Shown: piece after piece, positions 7,167 through 15,996 of the stretch
How positions within the stretch are numbered: the stretch's first letter is position 1
How the letters are laid out: each line of letters starts with the position of its first letter
Source of the DNA: an uncultured bacterium
Lineage (GTDB): Bacteria > Chloroflexota > Limnocylindria > QHBO01
Assembly: GCA_965652075.1 (NCBI GenBank)
Contig: CBFGTN010000003.1
Coordinates: 5,402-69,401, forward strand
Reading direction: 5' to 3'
Length of the DNA stretch: 64,000 bases
Made by a program: the position numbers and the translations under genes
The notes under the pieces: model-generated
What the model was told of the DNA's origin: nothing
What the model saw: the letters and a program-made list of their open reading frames with translations, nothing else
Database searches by the model: none

Positions 7167-7781
7167 GTGGCGGTCGGCGCTGACGGCTCGAACGCCGAGC
7201 TCGACCCGCCCCTGCGCGTCGACTGGCTCGCGGCCGCCGAGTTCGCCGACGGCCGTTCGGGACGCCTGGGCCTGACGTTCCTTCCCGGCAAGCACGGACC
7301 ATCGATGCGCTATCCGGGGCGCGTGTACCGTCGGGAGCTCTCGCGCGATCTGCGGACGCTGTCCGCTGCGGGCGTGGGTGTCCTGCTCCTCCTCGTCGAG
7401 GATCACGAGCTCGCGCGCTGGGGCGACCCGGCGATCGTCGAGCGCGCGCGAGCCGTCGGGATCGACGTGGATCGGCGGCCGATCCCGGATGGGGCGGCGC
7501 CGCCGAGCGCTTCGGACATGGATGCGCTCGTCGAGCGCATCGTCGGCGCGCGTGAGGGTGCCGATGCGGCCGTCGCCTGCATGGGAGGGGTCGGTCGGGC
7601 AGGCACCGTGGCGGCCTGCGCGCTCGTCGCGGCCGGCCACACCGCGGCCGAGGCGATCGATCGCGTGCGGGCCGTCCGGCACCCGACCGCGGTCGAGACA
7701 CCAGGACAGGTGGCGTTCGTGGAGGCCTACGAACGTCACATTGCCGCGGCCACGCGTCACACCCCTAATGTGTCGCCGTGA
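7167..7781 (+). CDS. Dual-specificity / Cys-based protein phosphatase (PTP superfamily)
   Basis: A CX5R P-loop is present: VACMGGVGRAGT. The start is GTG, 4 nt after the DUF3090 stop, and the 3' end overlaps the next gene by 4 nt. Confidence 0.7.
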   Translation: MAVGADGSNAELDPPLRVDWLAAAEFADGRSGRLGLTFLPGKHGPSMRYPGRVYRRELSRDLRTLSAAGVGVLLLLVEDHELARWGDPAIVERARAVGIDVDRRPIPDGAAPPSASDMDALVERIVGAREGADAAVACMGGVGRAGTVAACALVAAGHTAAEAIDRVRAVRHPTAVETPGQVAFVEAYERHIAAATRHTPNVSP

Positions 7782-8431
7782 ACGAGCGATGGGTCTGCAA
7801 GCGCTGCTTCGCGGACAACGATTCGACGGCCGCCGCGTGCCAGCGATGCGGCCTGCTTCGTGGCGCCGAGGCCACGACGACCGACCAGAGCACCTGGGCG
7901 GCGGCGCCCCAGCCCGAGGCGGAGAAGTCCGGCGGCGGGCTCCTCCCACAGCTCCTGCACTTCTGGTGGATCCCCGCGGCCGCGATCGCGCTGGCGATCG
8001 GCTACTTCACGACTGCGCAGCGCGGTGACGACGGCGCGCTGACGAGCGCCGGCAACGTCACCGTCGAGGATCTGCGGGTCGGCGATTGCTTCAACGCCGG
8101 CGAGTTCAGCGACGAGGGGGACGTCGAGGTCAGCGACGTCGACGGCGTGCCCTGCGAAGAGCCCCACGCGTTCGAGGTCTTCGCGGTCGCGGACTACACC
8201 GGTTCGACCTACCCGGCCACCCAGGAGCAGTTCAACGTGGCCTTCGACGCGGTCTGCGTCGGCGCGTTCGAGTCGTACGTCGGCATGCCGTACGCCGACT
8301 CGGTCCTCTGGGCATCGGCGATCACGCCGACCGAGGACGGCTGGGACTCGGGCGACCGCGAGTTCATCTGCCACCTGCACAACGAGGACACCAGCCCGAT
8401 CACGGGATCCCAGCGAGGAGCGAATCGCTGA
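7778..8431 (+). CDS. Membrane protein with an N-terminal zinc ribbon and an extracellular septum-formation-like Cys-rich domain
   Basis: The zinc ribbon is WVCKRCFADNDSTAAACQRCG. It is followed by one TM helix (WWIPAAAIALAIGYF) and then a domain with conserved Cys (VGDCF...VPCEEPHAFEVF...AVCVGAF...FICHL), as in the septum formation family. Confidence 0.65.
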   Translation: MNERWVCKRCFADNDSTAAACQRCGLLRGAEATTTDQSTWAAAPQPEAEKSGGGLLPQLLHFWWIPAAAIALAIGYFTTAQRGDDGALTSAGNVTVEDLRVGDCFNAGEFSDEGDVEVSDVDGVPCEEPHAFEVFAVADYTGSTYPATQEQFNVAFDAVCVGAFESYVGMPYADSVLWASAITPTEDGWDSGDREFICHLHNEDTSPITGSQRGANR

Positions 8432-11400
8432 TCTCGGACTGAGCGCGCCGTTGGCCGTCGTCGGCTGACGCCATCTCCGCGAAGCGGCACAGCGCGTTCG
8501 CGAGCCGCATCTGCTCGGGCGTCCGCGCGCGCACGCGGAGCAGCGCCGGCTCGGCCACCACGATCGCCACGCACCGCGCCCGCGACGTGGCCACGTTCAG
8601 CCGGTTGCGCGAGTAGAGGAAGCCAAGCCCTCTCGGCGCCTCCTCGGGCGAGCTCGTGGTCATCGAGTAGATGCTGATCGGGGCCTGCTGGCCCTGGAAC
8701 TTGTCGACGGTCCCGACGCGAGCCTCGGGCAGCTCGCGCTGGATCGCACCGACCTGGGCGTTGTAGGGGGCCACCACGAGGACGTCCTCATAGCGCAGGG
8801 GATGCTCGTCGCCGTCGGCGTCGACCCACCTCGAGCCGCTCTCGACGAGGGTGCGGACGACGGTCGCCACGAGGCGCGCCTCCTCGGGAGACTCGCTGTC
8901 ACTGCCGGTGTGGCTCGACGACAGGTAGCGCACGCCGACTCCGCCGATCGGCTCGGGCCCGTCGAAGCGCTGGTTCGCGAGCATCGGCTTCGACTCGAGG
9001 CGGTCCTCGTAGAAGACCTCCGAGGTGAACCGGGTCAGCTTGGGGTGCAGGCGCCAGGTGTGCTCGAGGAAGAGGCCCCGATCCGGGGGCATCGTGTCGT
9101 CCGTTCCGAGAAGGTGGGCGAGCGAGGATCGGTCCGCGCCGGGCGGATGTGAGCCTTGAAGCGGCTGGTCGAGCTGCTGTGGGTCGCCGAGAAGGACGAG
9201 CGAGCGTGTCGCGCCACCCATGGCGAGGACGTTCGCGAGCGACATCTGGCCGGCCTCGTCGACGAACAGCGTGTCGACGACGCCATCGCTCCTCTCTGAC
9301 GCCCACAGCCACGGCGTTCCGGCAACGACGTCCAGCTCGCCACGCTCGAGCCCGCCACGGACGGCGTCGTTGTCCTCCGTCACGAGAACGCGGGTGTCGT
9401 CGACGGCCGCCACGCCGTCGCTGACCTTCTGGGCAGTCCGGATCGACACCCCGGCCTCATCCGCGGCCTCCAGGACGTTCGTGAGGAAGTGCCCGATCAC
9501 CCTGTGGCTCGTCGCGCTGATCCCGACGCGCCTGCCCTCCCTGACGAGGCGAACGATCATCCGCGCGCCGGTGTACGTCTTGCCCGATCCCGGTGGCCCC
9601 TGGATCGCGAGCGTGCCCTCGTCGAGGCTCGACGCGAGGCGCACGGCCGCCTCGAGGTCCGACTCACCGTCGATCCGCAGCGGCGCGCCATCGGGCTGTC
9701 CGCAGCGCGGTGGACGGGCGAGGAGCAGGTCGCGGGCGGCGCGCCACGGGCCGTCCGCGTCGACGCCGTGATCGGCGACCCAGTCCCCCAGGCGGAGCAG
9801 GGCGGCACGCAGGTCGCGGTCGGGCACGATGCTCAGCGGGACGATCGTCTCGGGATGGCGCGGGTCGCCATCCGTCGTCCAGTCGAGGTCGATCGTGTCG
9901 CGTGCGTCGTCGATGGCGTGCCCCTTCGTCTTGAGCTGCCACGTCTTCCATGGCGCGTCCGGCTGCTCCTGGCGCAGCCGCGGGTCGTACAGCTCCGCTC
10001 GCGAGCCGATGTCGTAGTCCTGCGCCGGGAATCGGTAGCGCCAACGGTGGCGGACCTGCGACTTGGGCGTCGGACGGAACTCGCCGACCTTGCCGACCAC
10101 CTCGAGCGGGCCGAGCGCGCCGCGGTCGGCGGTGATCTCGGCCACGTCCATGCCCATGCGGTGGAAGAACTCCCAGTACGCCGACTTGTTCTCGCGGCGG
10201 TGCCACGACAGCAGCTGGGCGAGGAGCCACGCGGCATGCTGCTCGGGCGTTCGCTCGGCCGCCTCCGGGACGCCGGCCGTCAGCCGCCCGGCGACCGCCT
10301 GGACCGCGGCGTCCGCCTCCGCGAGCTGGACCGGTGCCTCGCCGGACACGGCCGCGGGGCGAGGGACGTCCTGCCCCGTTTCGCGGGCCAGCTCGCCGCG
10401 CCGCTCCTCGAGCCAGTCTCGCAGGCGGCGGTTGCTCACGACGTCGTCGCGGTTGTAGCCCGCGATCCGGTCGAGGATGTCCGAGGACGGGCGGTCGCCC
10501 TCGCCGAGCTGCAGCCACTCCTCGAAGGCGACGATGCTGGAGCCCGCGTCGCGCAGGTCGATGCTCCGGCTGAACCCGTAGAGGGGCTCCAGCTTCTTGA
10601 TCGAGTAGCTCTCCACAGAGGCGCGAAGGCCCTGGCGCACCGCGCGGAAGAGGTCGACCATCACCCCGCCCCGCAGGAGCCTGTCGACGATGTCCTCGCG
10701 CGTCGCGTGCCGGCCCATCAGCCGCTTGAGGGCCGTCGGCTCGTACGCGGCGTAGTGATAGACGTGCATGTTCGGGTATGAGCGGAGTCGCTCGTCGATC
10801 CGGTCGATGAGCCGCTCGAAGGCTGCCTTCTCACCGGCGAGGCTGACCTCGTCGTGCCGGTCGGGGTCGAGGGACCAGATCGCCTCGAACTGGCCGTCGG
10901 CGTCCAGAATGCCGAACAGGTAGTCGATCCCGTCGTCGAACGCGTACGGGTCGCCCTCGATGTCGAAGAACAGGTCGCCGGGGTCCGGGGCGGGCAGCGT
11001 GGCCAGCCCGCGCTCCGGCTCGACGGGCCCGCCGTCCGCTGGGAGGAGGAGCTCGTAGATCGGTTCCTCGAGCCCACGCCCCTCGACCTGGACGCGGGCC
11101 TGCTCGCGCACGCGCTCGATCGACGCCGCGCCCGCTCCGTCCAGCGGGGGATCGAACGGGATCGGTGCGGCCGCCAGCTTCTCGACGGTGTCGATCTCGC
11201 GCGCGACGAGCGCCTTGCGCTGGCGGGCGGTGATGCCCGCGACGAGGGAGAGGTGGTCGTCGTCCCGCCGGCGCCGCAGGCACAGCTCCGACCAGCGGCA
11301 CACGTCGCAGTGCTCGACCGGCTCGGGGTACGTCGCAGTCGGCGGGTACGCGGGCGCAGCCGGGCCTGCACCACCGATGCCGATCACGGACGCCTCGAAC

Positions 11401-12011
11401 CGGCGCTTCGCGGCCCGGTAGTAGGCCATGTAGTCGCTCACGCGGAGCCTCGCGGTCTCGCGCGCGCCTCCACCGAGCACGACCCGCATCTCTTCCGGCT
11501 CGACACCCTGGATCGCCGTCAGCTGCTCGACGTACGAGCAGACCTGCAGGACGGCGCCGGCCTTCACGTGGCGCGCGAGCTTCGTGTCGGCGACCTCGTA
11601 GTGATACGCGCCCCACAGGGACGGGCGGTCCGGAGACTCGCGGCGGAGCAGGAAGTCGGCGTAGCCGATCCAGCGGCCGTCGAAGAACGTCGCCTGGTAG
11701 ACCACGTCGGCGCCTGCGGCCATCGCGGCGGCCGTCTCGTTCGCCTGACGCCGGATCGCCTCGCCGCGATCGGCCTCGTCGTCACGCGAGATCTCCACGA
11801 CGGAGCGTCCCTCGGCCCGCAGGTCGGCCAGGTAGCGCCGTTCGTGCTCGACGCCCCGGCGGCGGATGACATCGAGCTCGGGGTCCGGACGATCGGGACG
11901 GTCGACGAGGCCGGCCAACGCCGCACGCTCGAGCGCGATGAGGTGCTCGCAGGCGAGATAGCCGACGAGATCGGTCGCGGAGAAGACGGGTGTGCCGTCG
12001 ATCAGCTGCAT
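8400..12011 (-). CDS. 1203-aa fusion: RecB/Cas4-like Fe-S nuclease (TM0106-type), RNase H-fold exonuclease-like domain, and SF1 (Upf1/Dna2-like) helicase
   Basis: The N-terminus carries PD-(D/E)xK-like motifs GYADFLL and YEVADTKL, plus a Cys set YLAC...C-DV-C-RWSEL-C (CX2CX5C). A DLFFDIEGDP block follows. The C-terminal half has Walker A GPPGSGKTY, Walker B LFVDEAGQ, VDKFQGQQ and NVATSRAR. Confidence 0.85.
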   Translation of the reverse strand: MQLIDGTPVFSATDLVGYLACEHLIALERAALAGLVDRPDRPDPELDVIRRRGVEHERRYLADLRAEGRSVVEISRDDEADRGEAIRRQANETAAAMAAGADVVYQATFFDGRWIGYADFLLRRESPDRPSLWGAYHYEVADTKLARHVKAGAVLQVCSYVEQLTAIQGVEPEEMRVVLGGGARETARLRVSDYMAYYRAAKRRFEASVIGIGGAGPAAPAYPPTATYPEPVEHCDVCRWSELCLRRRRDDDHLSLVAGITARQRKALVAREIDTVEKLAAAPIPFDPPLDGAGAASIERVREQARVQVEGRGLEEPIYELLLPADGGPVEPERGLATLPAPDPGDLFFDIEGDPYAFDDGIDYLFGILDADGQFEAIWSLDPDRHDEVSLAGEKAAFERLIDRIDERLRSYPNMHVYHYAAYEPTALKRLMGRHATREDIVDRLLRGGVMVDLFRAVRQGLRASVESYSIKKLEPLYGFSRSIDLRDAGSSIVAFEEWLQLGEGDRPSSDILDRIAGYNRDDVVSNRRLRDWLEERRGELARETGQDVPRPAAVSGEAPVQLAEADAAVQAVAGRLTAGVPEAAERTPEQHAAWLLAQLLSWHRRENKSAYWEFFHRMGMDVAEITADRGALGPLEVVGKVGEFRPTPKSQVRHRWRYRFPAQDYDIGSRAELYDPRLRQEQPDAPWKTWQLKTKGHAIDDARDTIDLDWTTDGDPRHPETIVPLSIVPDRDLRAALLRLGDWVADHGVDADGPWRAARDLLLARPPRCGQPDGAPLRIDGESDLEAAVRLASSLDEGTLAIQGPPGSGKTYTGARMIVRLVREGRRVGISATSHRVIGHFLTNVLEAADEAGVSIRTAQKVSDGVAAVDDTRVLVTEDNDAVRGGLERGELDVVAGTPWLWASERSDGVVDTLFVDEAGQMSLANVLAMGGATRSLVLLGDPQQLDQPLQGSHPPGADRSSLAHLLGTDDTMPPDRGLFLEHTWRLHPKLTRFTSEVFYEDRLESKPMLANQRFDGPEPIGGVGVRYLSSSHTGSDSESPEEARLVATVVRTLVESGSRWVDADGDEHPLRYEDVLVVAPYNAQVGAIQRELPEARVGTVDKFQGQQAPISIYSMTTSSPEEAPRGLGFLYSRNRLNVATSRARCVAIVVAEPALLRVRARTPEQMRLANALCRFAEMASADDGQRRAQSEISDSLLAGIP

Positions 12012-12078
12012 CGGTTCGGGTTCAACCCCCTCACGCGCAGCCTACCGTGGGCGAGCGACACCTCGCGTGTCGCGATCG

Positions 12079-12858
12079 CTAGGGCGCGCCGGTCGGCTCG
12101 GGCGGCCGCACGCGCTCGATGACCAGCGCCCACGCGCAATCGGAGGCGACGCCGACGAAGACCTGCCCGCGAACGCCGAGCTCCTCGAATGCCCTCGGCT
12201 GGAGCGTGCCCGGCACGAGGCCGTTTCCGATCGTCGCCCGGATCGCCGGGACCGGGTCGTCACCGCCTTCGGCCAGCGAGACGCCGAAGGCGCAGCCGGT
12301 GCCTTCGGGATCGACCGCCACCCAACGAATCCGGTGGTCGCCGGAGCGAATCTCGACGGGGCCGTTCTCGGCATTGCCGGTGTGGGCGAACGACGCGACG
12401 AACGCCGAGCGCGGTGCCCGCTCGCCCGTGGGCGTCACGAAGGCGTCCGGCTCGAAGCCGGCCGCGATCCAGCCCTCGTCGAAGTCCGGCTCGGCCGCGT
12501 CGGCGTCGGAGACGAGGTACCAGCCGTGGCCGTCGATCGGGATCGGTCCCATCGCGACCTCGAGCTCGGCGCCACGTGGCAGGAGTCCGGTCACCACGTT
12601 CGACGACAGCCCGGGACCCTGCCGCACGCGGAGCCCGTCGATCGCGGTCACGACCAGATCGCCCGCGCTGAAGGAGGGGACGGCGCCGGGGCCCGCGGTC
12701 GCTGAAGGCGACGCGCTCGGTGACGTCGTCGCGGCGGCTGTCGGCGTCGGCGAGGGCGACGCGGTCGGGGAGGGCGTTGGCGTCGGCAGCGGCGAGAGGA
12801 CGCAGGCGGTCGCCAGCAGCGTCACGACGATCGGGACGGCTGGGCGGAGAGTCCCCAC
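12079..12858 (-). CDS. Lipoprotein with Pro/Thr/Ser-rich linker and SH3b-like domain
   Basis: The lipobox is VTLLATAC. It is followed by a PTPTPSPTASPSPTPT linker and then an SH3b-like segment, GLRVRQGPGLSSNVVTGLLPRGAELEV...GWYLV. Confidence 0.7.
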   Translation of the reverse strand: MGTLRPAVPIVVTLLATACVLSPLPTPTPSPTASPSPTPTAAATTSPSASPSATAGPGAVPSFSAGDLVVTAIDGLRVRQGPGLSSNVVTGLLPRGAELEVAMGPIPIDGHGWYLVSDADAAEPDFDEGWIAAGFEPDAFVTPTGERAPRSAFVASFAHTGNAENGPVEIRSGDHRIRWVAVDPEGTGCAFGVSLAEGGDDPVPAIRATIGNGLVPGTLQPRAFEELGVRGQVFVGVASDCAWALVIERVRPPEPTGAP

Positions 12859-12876
12859 CCGGCCAAGCGTAGCCGG

Positions 12877-13902
12877 TCAGCGGTCGAGCCGCGGTACCTC
12901 GGAGGCGAGCAGGTCGGCGATCTCCCGCGCGTTCGTCGTGCCGTAGTTCGCGTAGCAGTTGTTCATGAGCACGTGAATCTCGGGTACCTGCTCGGCGGTC
13001 TCGCGGATGCGCGGGACCCACTCGCCCAGCTCGCCCTCGTCGTAGAGATAGCGGAAGCGCTCGACGACCGGGATGCCGGACTTCTCCCACGTCTCGGTCC
13101 GGCGCCCGTGAAAGCGCACGATGGCCATCTTCGGCGAGGTCACGACGGTCATCGGGGGCAACGACGAACGCGTCCCCGGCGGGGCGTCGACCATGACGAA
13201 CGGGATCTCGTACTTCTCGAAGAACCGCGTCGTCCGATCCCGGTTCTTCTCGTTCAGCCACGAGCCATGGCGCAGCTCGACGGCGAACGGCGTGTCGCCC
13301 AGCCGTTCTCTCGCGCTCACGATCTCGTCACGCGATTCGTTCGAGGGAAAGAACCAGCGCGGGTACTGCAGGAAGACCGCGCCGAGCTTGCCAGAGCTGC
13401 GGAGCGGCTCGATCCCGTCCAGGAACCTCGCCCAGATCTCGTCGTTGATCTCGGCCGGCAGGTCGCGGGCGTAGACCCGCTTCTGCTCCGCGACATCCGG
13501 CGGCAACGCCTCCCGCAGGTCCTTCGGCAGCCGCTTCGGCTCCGATGGCTGGCCGGTCATGAGCGCGTGGGCCTTGATGTCGAACATGAAGTCCGGCGGC
13601 GTCCGCTCCAGCCACAGCTCCCCCTGGCGTCGCGATGGAAGCGCGTAGTAGGTCGCGTCAACCTCGACGACCGGGAACTGGTTCGCGTAGTACACGAGCC
13701 GATCCTCGGCCGTCGTCGCGTCAGGTGGATAGAAGACGCCCGGGGCGGTCATCGTCGGGTCGGTCCACGACGCGGTCCCGATGCGGACGGTCGCGTCGCC
13801 GATCGTCAGCGGCTCACGGGCGGCGGTCGCGTGGCGCTCGCCGCGGTCCCCAGCCGCCTCCGGTCCCGGGTCGTGGACGCTCGTGGCAGTCATGGGACCC
13901 AT
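12877..13902 (-). CDS. DUF72 (YecE-like) family protein
   Basis: IGTASWTDPTM...FYP...LVYYANQFPVVEVDATYYALP...FLQYPRWF is the characteristic DUF72 pattern. Confidence 0.8.
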   Translation of the reverse strand: MGPMTATSVHDPGPEAAGDRGERHATAAREPLTIGDATVRIGTASWTDPTMTAPGVFYPPDATTAEDRLVYYANQFPVVEVDATYYALPSRRQGELWLERTPPDFMFDIKAHALMTGQPSEPKRLPKDLREALPPDVAEQKRVYARDLPAEINDEIWARFLDGIEPLRSSGKLGAVFLQYPRWFFPSNESRDEIVSARERLGDTPFAVELRHGSWLNEKNRDRTTRFFEKYEIPFVMVDAPPGTRSSLPPMTVVTSPKMAIVRFHGRRTETWEKSGIPVVERFRYLYDEGELGEWVPRIRETAEQVPEIHVLMNNCYANYGTTNAREIADLLASEVPRLDR

Positions 13903-13962
13903 GCTAGGCCGGAAACCTGTCGATTTCTGTCAGGAACCGGAGTGAGGCGGAGAGCGAGAGGT

Positions 13963-14403
13963 CTAGGCCTGCCCGAGCGCGGTGCGGACCGATGCGTTCG
14001 ACAGGACGAGCATGACGAGCACGGCGGCGCCGAACGGCACGAGGTAGATCGGCTGCCACTCGACGTTGAGGATGGCGATCCCCGCCGAGACGGCGATCAG
14101 GACCTGCAGGACGGCCGCGAGCGTCCACGACCAGCTGCGACGGCGTCGGGCGCCGCGCGACGCGATGGCCGCCAGGATCGCGACCAGCAGCGCGCCGCCG
14201 GCGGCGAACCGCAACGGCACCTCCGCGTCCGGACCCTGGCTCGCGCCGAGCGCCGATGCTGCCATGCTCAGGAAGATCGTGAGCACGAGCCCGCCGGCGG
14301 CCTCGGCCAGCAGCAGGAAGCGGAGGACGCCGACCATCGGAGCGCGGTCGGACGTCGGCGGGGCGGCGGCCCGGGGGCCGGTCTCGGCGGTCTGCGCGCT
14401 CAT
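13963..14403 (-). CDS. Hypothetical integral membrane protein (about 4 TM)
   Basis: The ATG at 14403 (MSAQTAE) is followed by four hydrophobic helices in a GC3-rich frame. I recognise no family motif. Confidence 0.55.
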   Translation of the reverse strand: MSAQTAETGPRAAAPPTSDRAPMVGVLRFLLLAEAAGGLVLTIFLSMAASALGASQGPDAEVPLRFAAGGALLVAILAAIASRGARRRRSWSWTLAAVLQVLIAVSAGIAILNVEWQPIYLVPFGAAVLVMLVLSNASVRTALGQA

Positions 14404-14490
14404 CGGCGCCAGTTTCGACGGTTCGTCAAGCGGCCGCAACGCGATCGTGCGCGGCGGCCTCGGCATCGGTCCTGCACTCTGGGCCCGCAC

Positions 14491-14982
14491 ATGACGCGCA
14501 TCACGCGACTGCCGGGCACCGGCCGCGACCGGTCACGGTCGCTGGCCGAGGTCGAGACCCTCGCCTGGCTGCTCGAGAACAGCATCCCGGTGCCGGGCAC
14601 GCGCTGGAGGTTCGGGTTCGACGGCATCATCGGCGTCATTCCCGGCATCGGCGATCTCGTCGGCGCGGGGCTGACCCTGTTCGTCGTCTGGCGCGCATCC
14701 CGGATGGGCCTCCCGCGCATCGTCGTGGCGCGGATGCTCATGAACGCGGCGATCGACCTGGTCGTCGGCGCCATTCCGTTCGCCGGTGACGCCTTCGACC
14801 TTTGGTTCAAGGCGAACACGCGCAATCTCGGGCTCATGCGTCGATGGCTCGAGCACCCCGAGGGCTCGACCCGCAACGAGTGGTTCGCGCTGATGCTGAT
14901 CATCGGCCTGCTCGTCGGGATGGTGGCCTTCGTGATCTGGCTGATCGCCGCGATCATCTCCGCGCTGTTCGGCGGGCTGTGA
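14491..14982 (+). CDS. DUF4112 membrane protein
   Basis: FGFDGIIGVIPGIGDLVGAGLTLFVV...NAAIDLVVGAIPFAGDAFDLWFKAN is the typical DUF4112 core. The ATG is at 14491, inside a longer artefactual track ORF. Confidence 0.75.
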   Translation: MTRITRLPGTGRDRSRSLAEVETLAWLLENSIPVPGTRWRFGFDGIIGVIPGIGDLVGAGLTLFVVWRASRMGLPRIVVARMLMNAAIDLVVGAIPFAGDAFDLWFKANTRNLGLMRRWLEHPEGSTRNEWFALMLIIGLLVGMVAFVIWLIAAIISALFGGL

Positions 14983-15958
14983 CCGTGGCCTCGAGCGCGC
15001 CGTGGCGCTCGAGCATCCGCCGCGCGAGCGTGATCGCGCGCTCCCGGACCTCGGGCGGATCGAGAATCTCCGCTCGGCTCCCGAGGCCGATCAGGCGGCC
15101 CGGCACCTCCTCGGGCCAGTCGGCCGTCACGCGAAGGTGGAGCCAGCCGTCCGGGTCCTCGACCTTGAGCCGCTCCGCGGATCGGACCGCCTGCATGCCC
15201 ACGGCGTCGGCGAGGGCACCGAGCACCGCCGGGTCGATGCGGACGGTGACGGTGATCCGGGGCGCGCCCTGCTCGTACGTCGCCGTCGACTCGGACCAGT
15301 AGGCCGGCAGGTCGAAGTCGGCCGGGCGCTCGAACGCCGCGTCGGCCACCGTCACCTCGGTGATCCGCGAGACCCGATACGTTCGGATCTGGTCCTCGGA
15401 GCGCGCCACGAGGTACCAGACCCCGGCCTTCAGCACGAGACCCAGCGGCTCGAGCTGGCGCTCGACGATCTCGTCGCCACGCCGATAGCGAACCCGCGCG
15501 CGGCGCGCCTCCCACACCGCGTCGGCGAGGGTCGCGAGGTTCGGCACCGGGTCGCTCGACGCGAACCACGCCGTCGCGTCGAGGTGGAAGCGCTCGACGA
15601 GCCGCGAGGCACGGGCGCGCAGCTCGCCCGGAAGGGAGGCGAGGACCTTCAGGCGAGCCGCAGCGACGACGGTGCCGAGGCCGAGCTCGGCGGCGGGGCC
15701 GGGCATGCCGGACAGGAAGAGCGCCTCGGCCTCGTCAGCGGTCAGGCCGGTGAGCCGCGTACGGTAGCCGTCCACGAGCTGGATCCCGCCGTGGGGGCCG
15801 CGCTCGGCGTAGATCGGCACCCCGGCTGCGCTCAGCGCGTCGACGTCACGATGGATCGTGCGCTCGCTGACCTCCAGCTCCTCTGCCAGGACGGCGGCCG
15901 TCGTCCGGCCGCGCGCCTGGAGGAGCAGGAGCAGCTGGACGAGCCGGGACGCGCGCAT
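14954..15958 (-). CDS. WYL-domain transcriptional regulator (wHTH + WYL + C-terminal extension)
   Basis: The N-terminal wHTH is RLVQLLLLLQARGRTTAAVLAEELEVSERTIHRDVDALSAAGVPIY. The WYL core is RVRYRRGDEIVERQLEPLGLVLKAGVWYLVA. The ATG at 15958 lies within a longer track ORF. Confidence 0.85.
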   Translation of the reverse strand: MRASRLVQLLLLLQARGRTTAAVLAEELEVSERTIHRDVDALSAAGVPIYAERGPHGGIQLVDGYRTRLTGLTADEAEALFLSGMPGPAAELGLGTVVAAARLKVLASLPGELRARASRLVERFHLDATAWFASSDPVPNLATLADAVWEARRARVRYRRGDEIVERQLEPLGLVLKAGVWYLVARSEDQIRTYRVSRITEVTVADAAFERPADFDLPAYWSESTATYEQGAPRITVTVRIDPAVLGALADAVGMQAVRSAERLKVEDPDGWLHLRVTADWPEEVPGRLIGLGSRAEILDPPEVRERAITLARRMLERHGALEATVTARRTARR

Positions 15959-15996
15959 CGGAGCGGAGAATACGCGCGAATTGGCGACAGGATCGG

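Noticed and set aside
12012-12078. GGGTTCAACCCC, which resembles a tRNA T-arm, in the intergenic region upstream of the nuclease-helicase gene.
   Set aside because: Only 67 nt are available. I could fold no acceptor, D-arm or anticodon-arm complementarity. I found no other tRNA-like sequence in the window.
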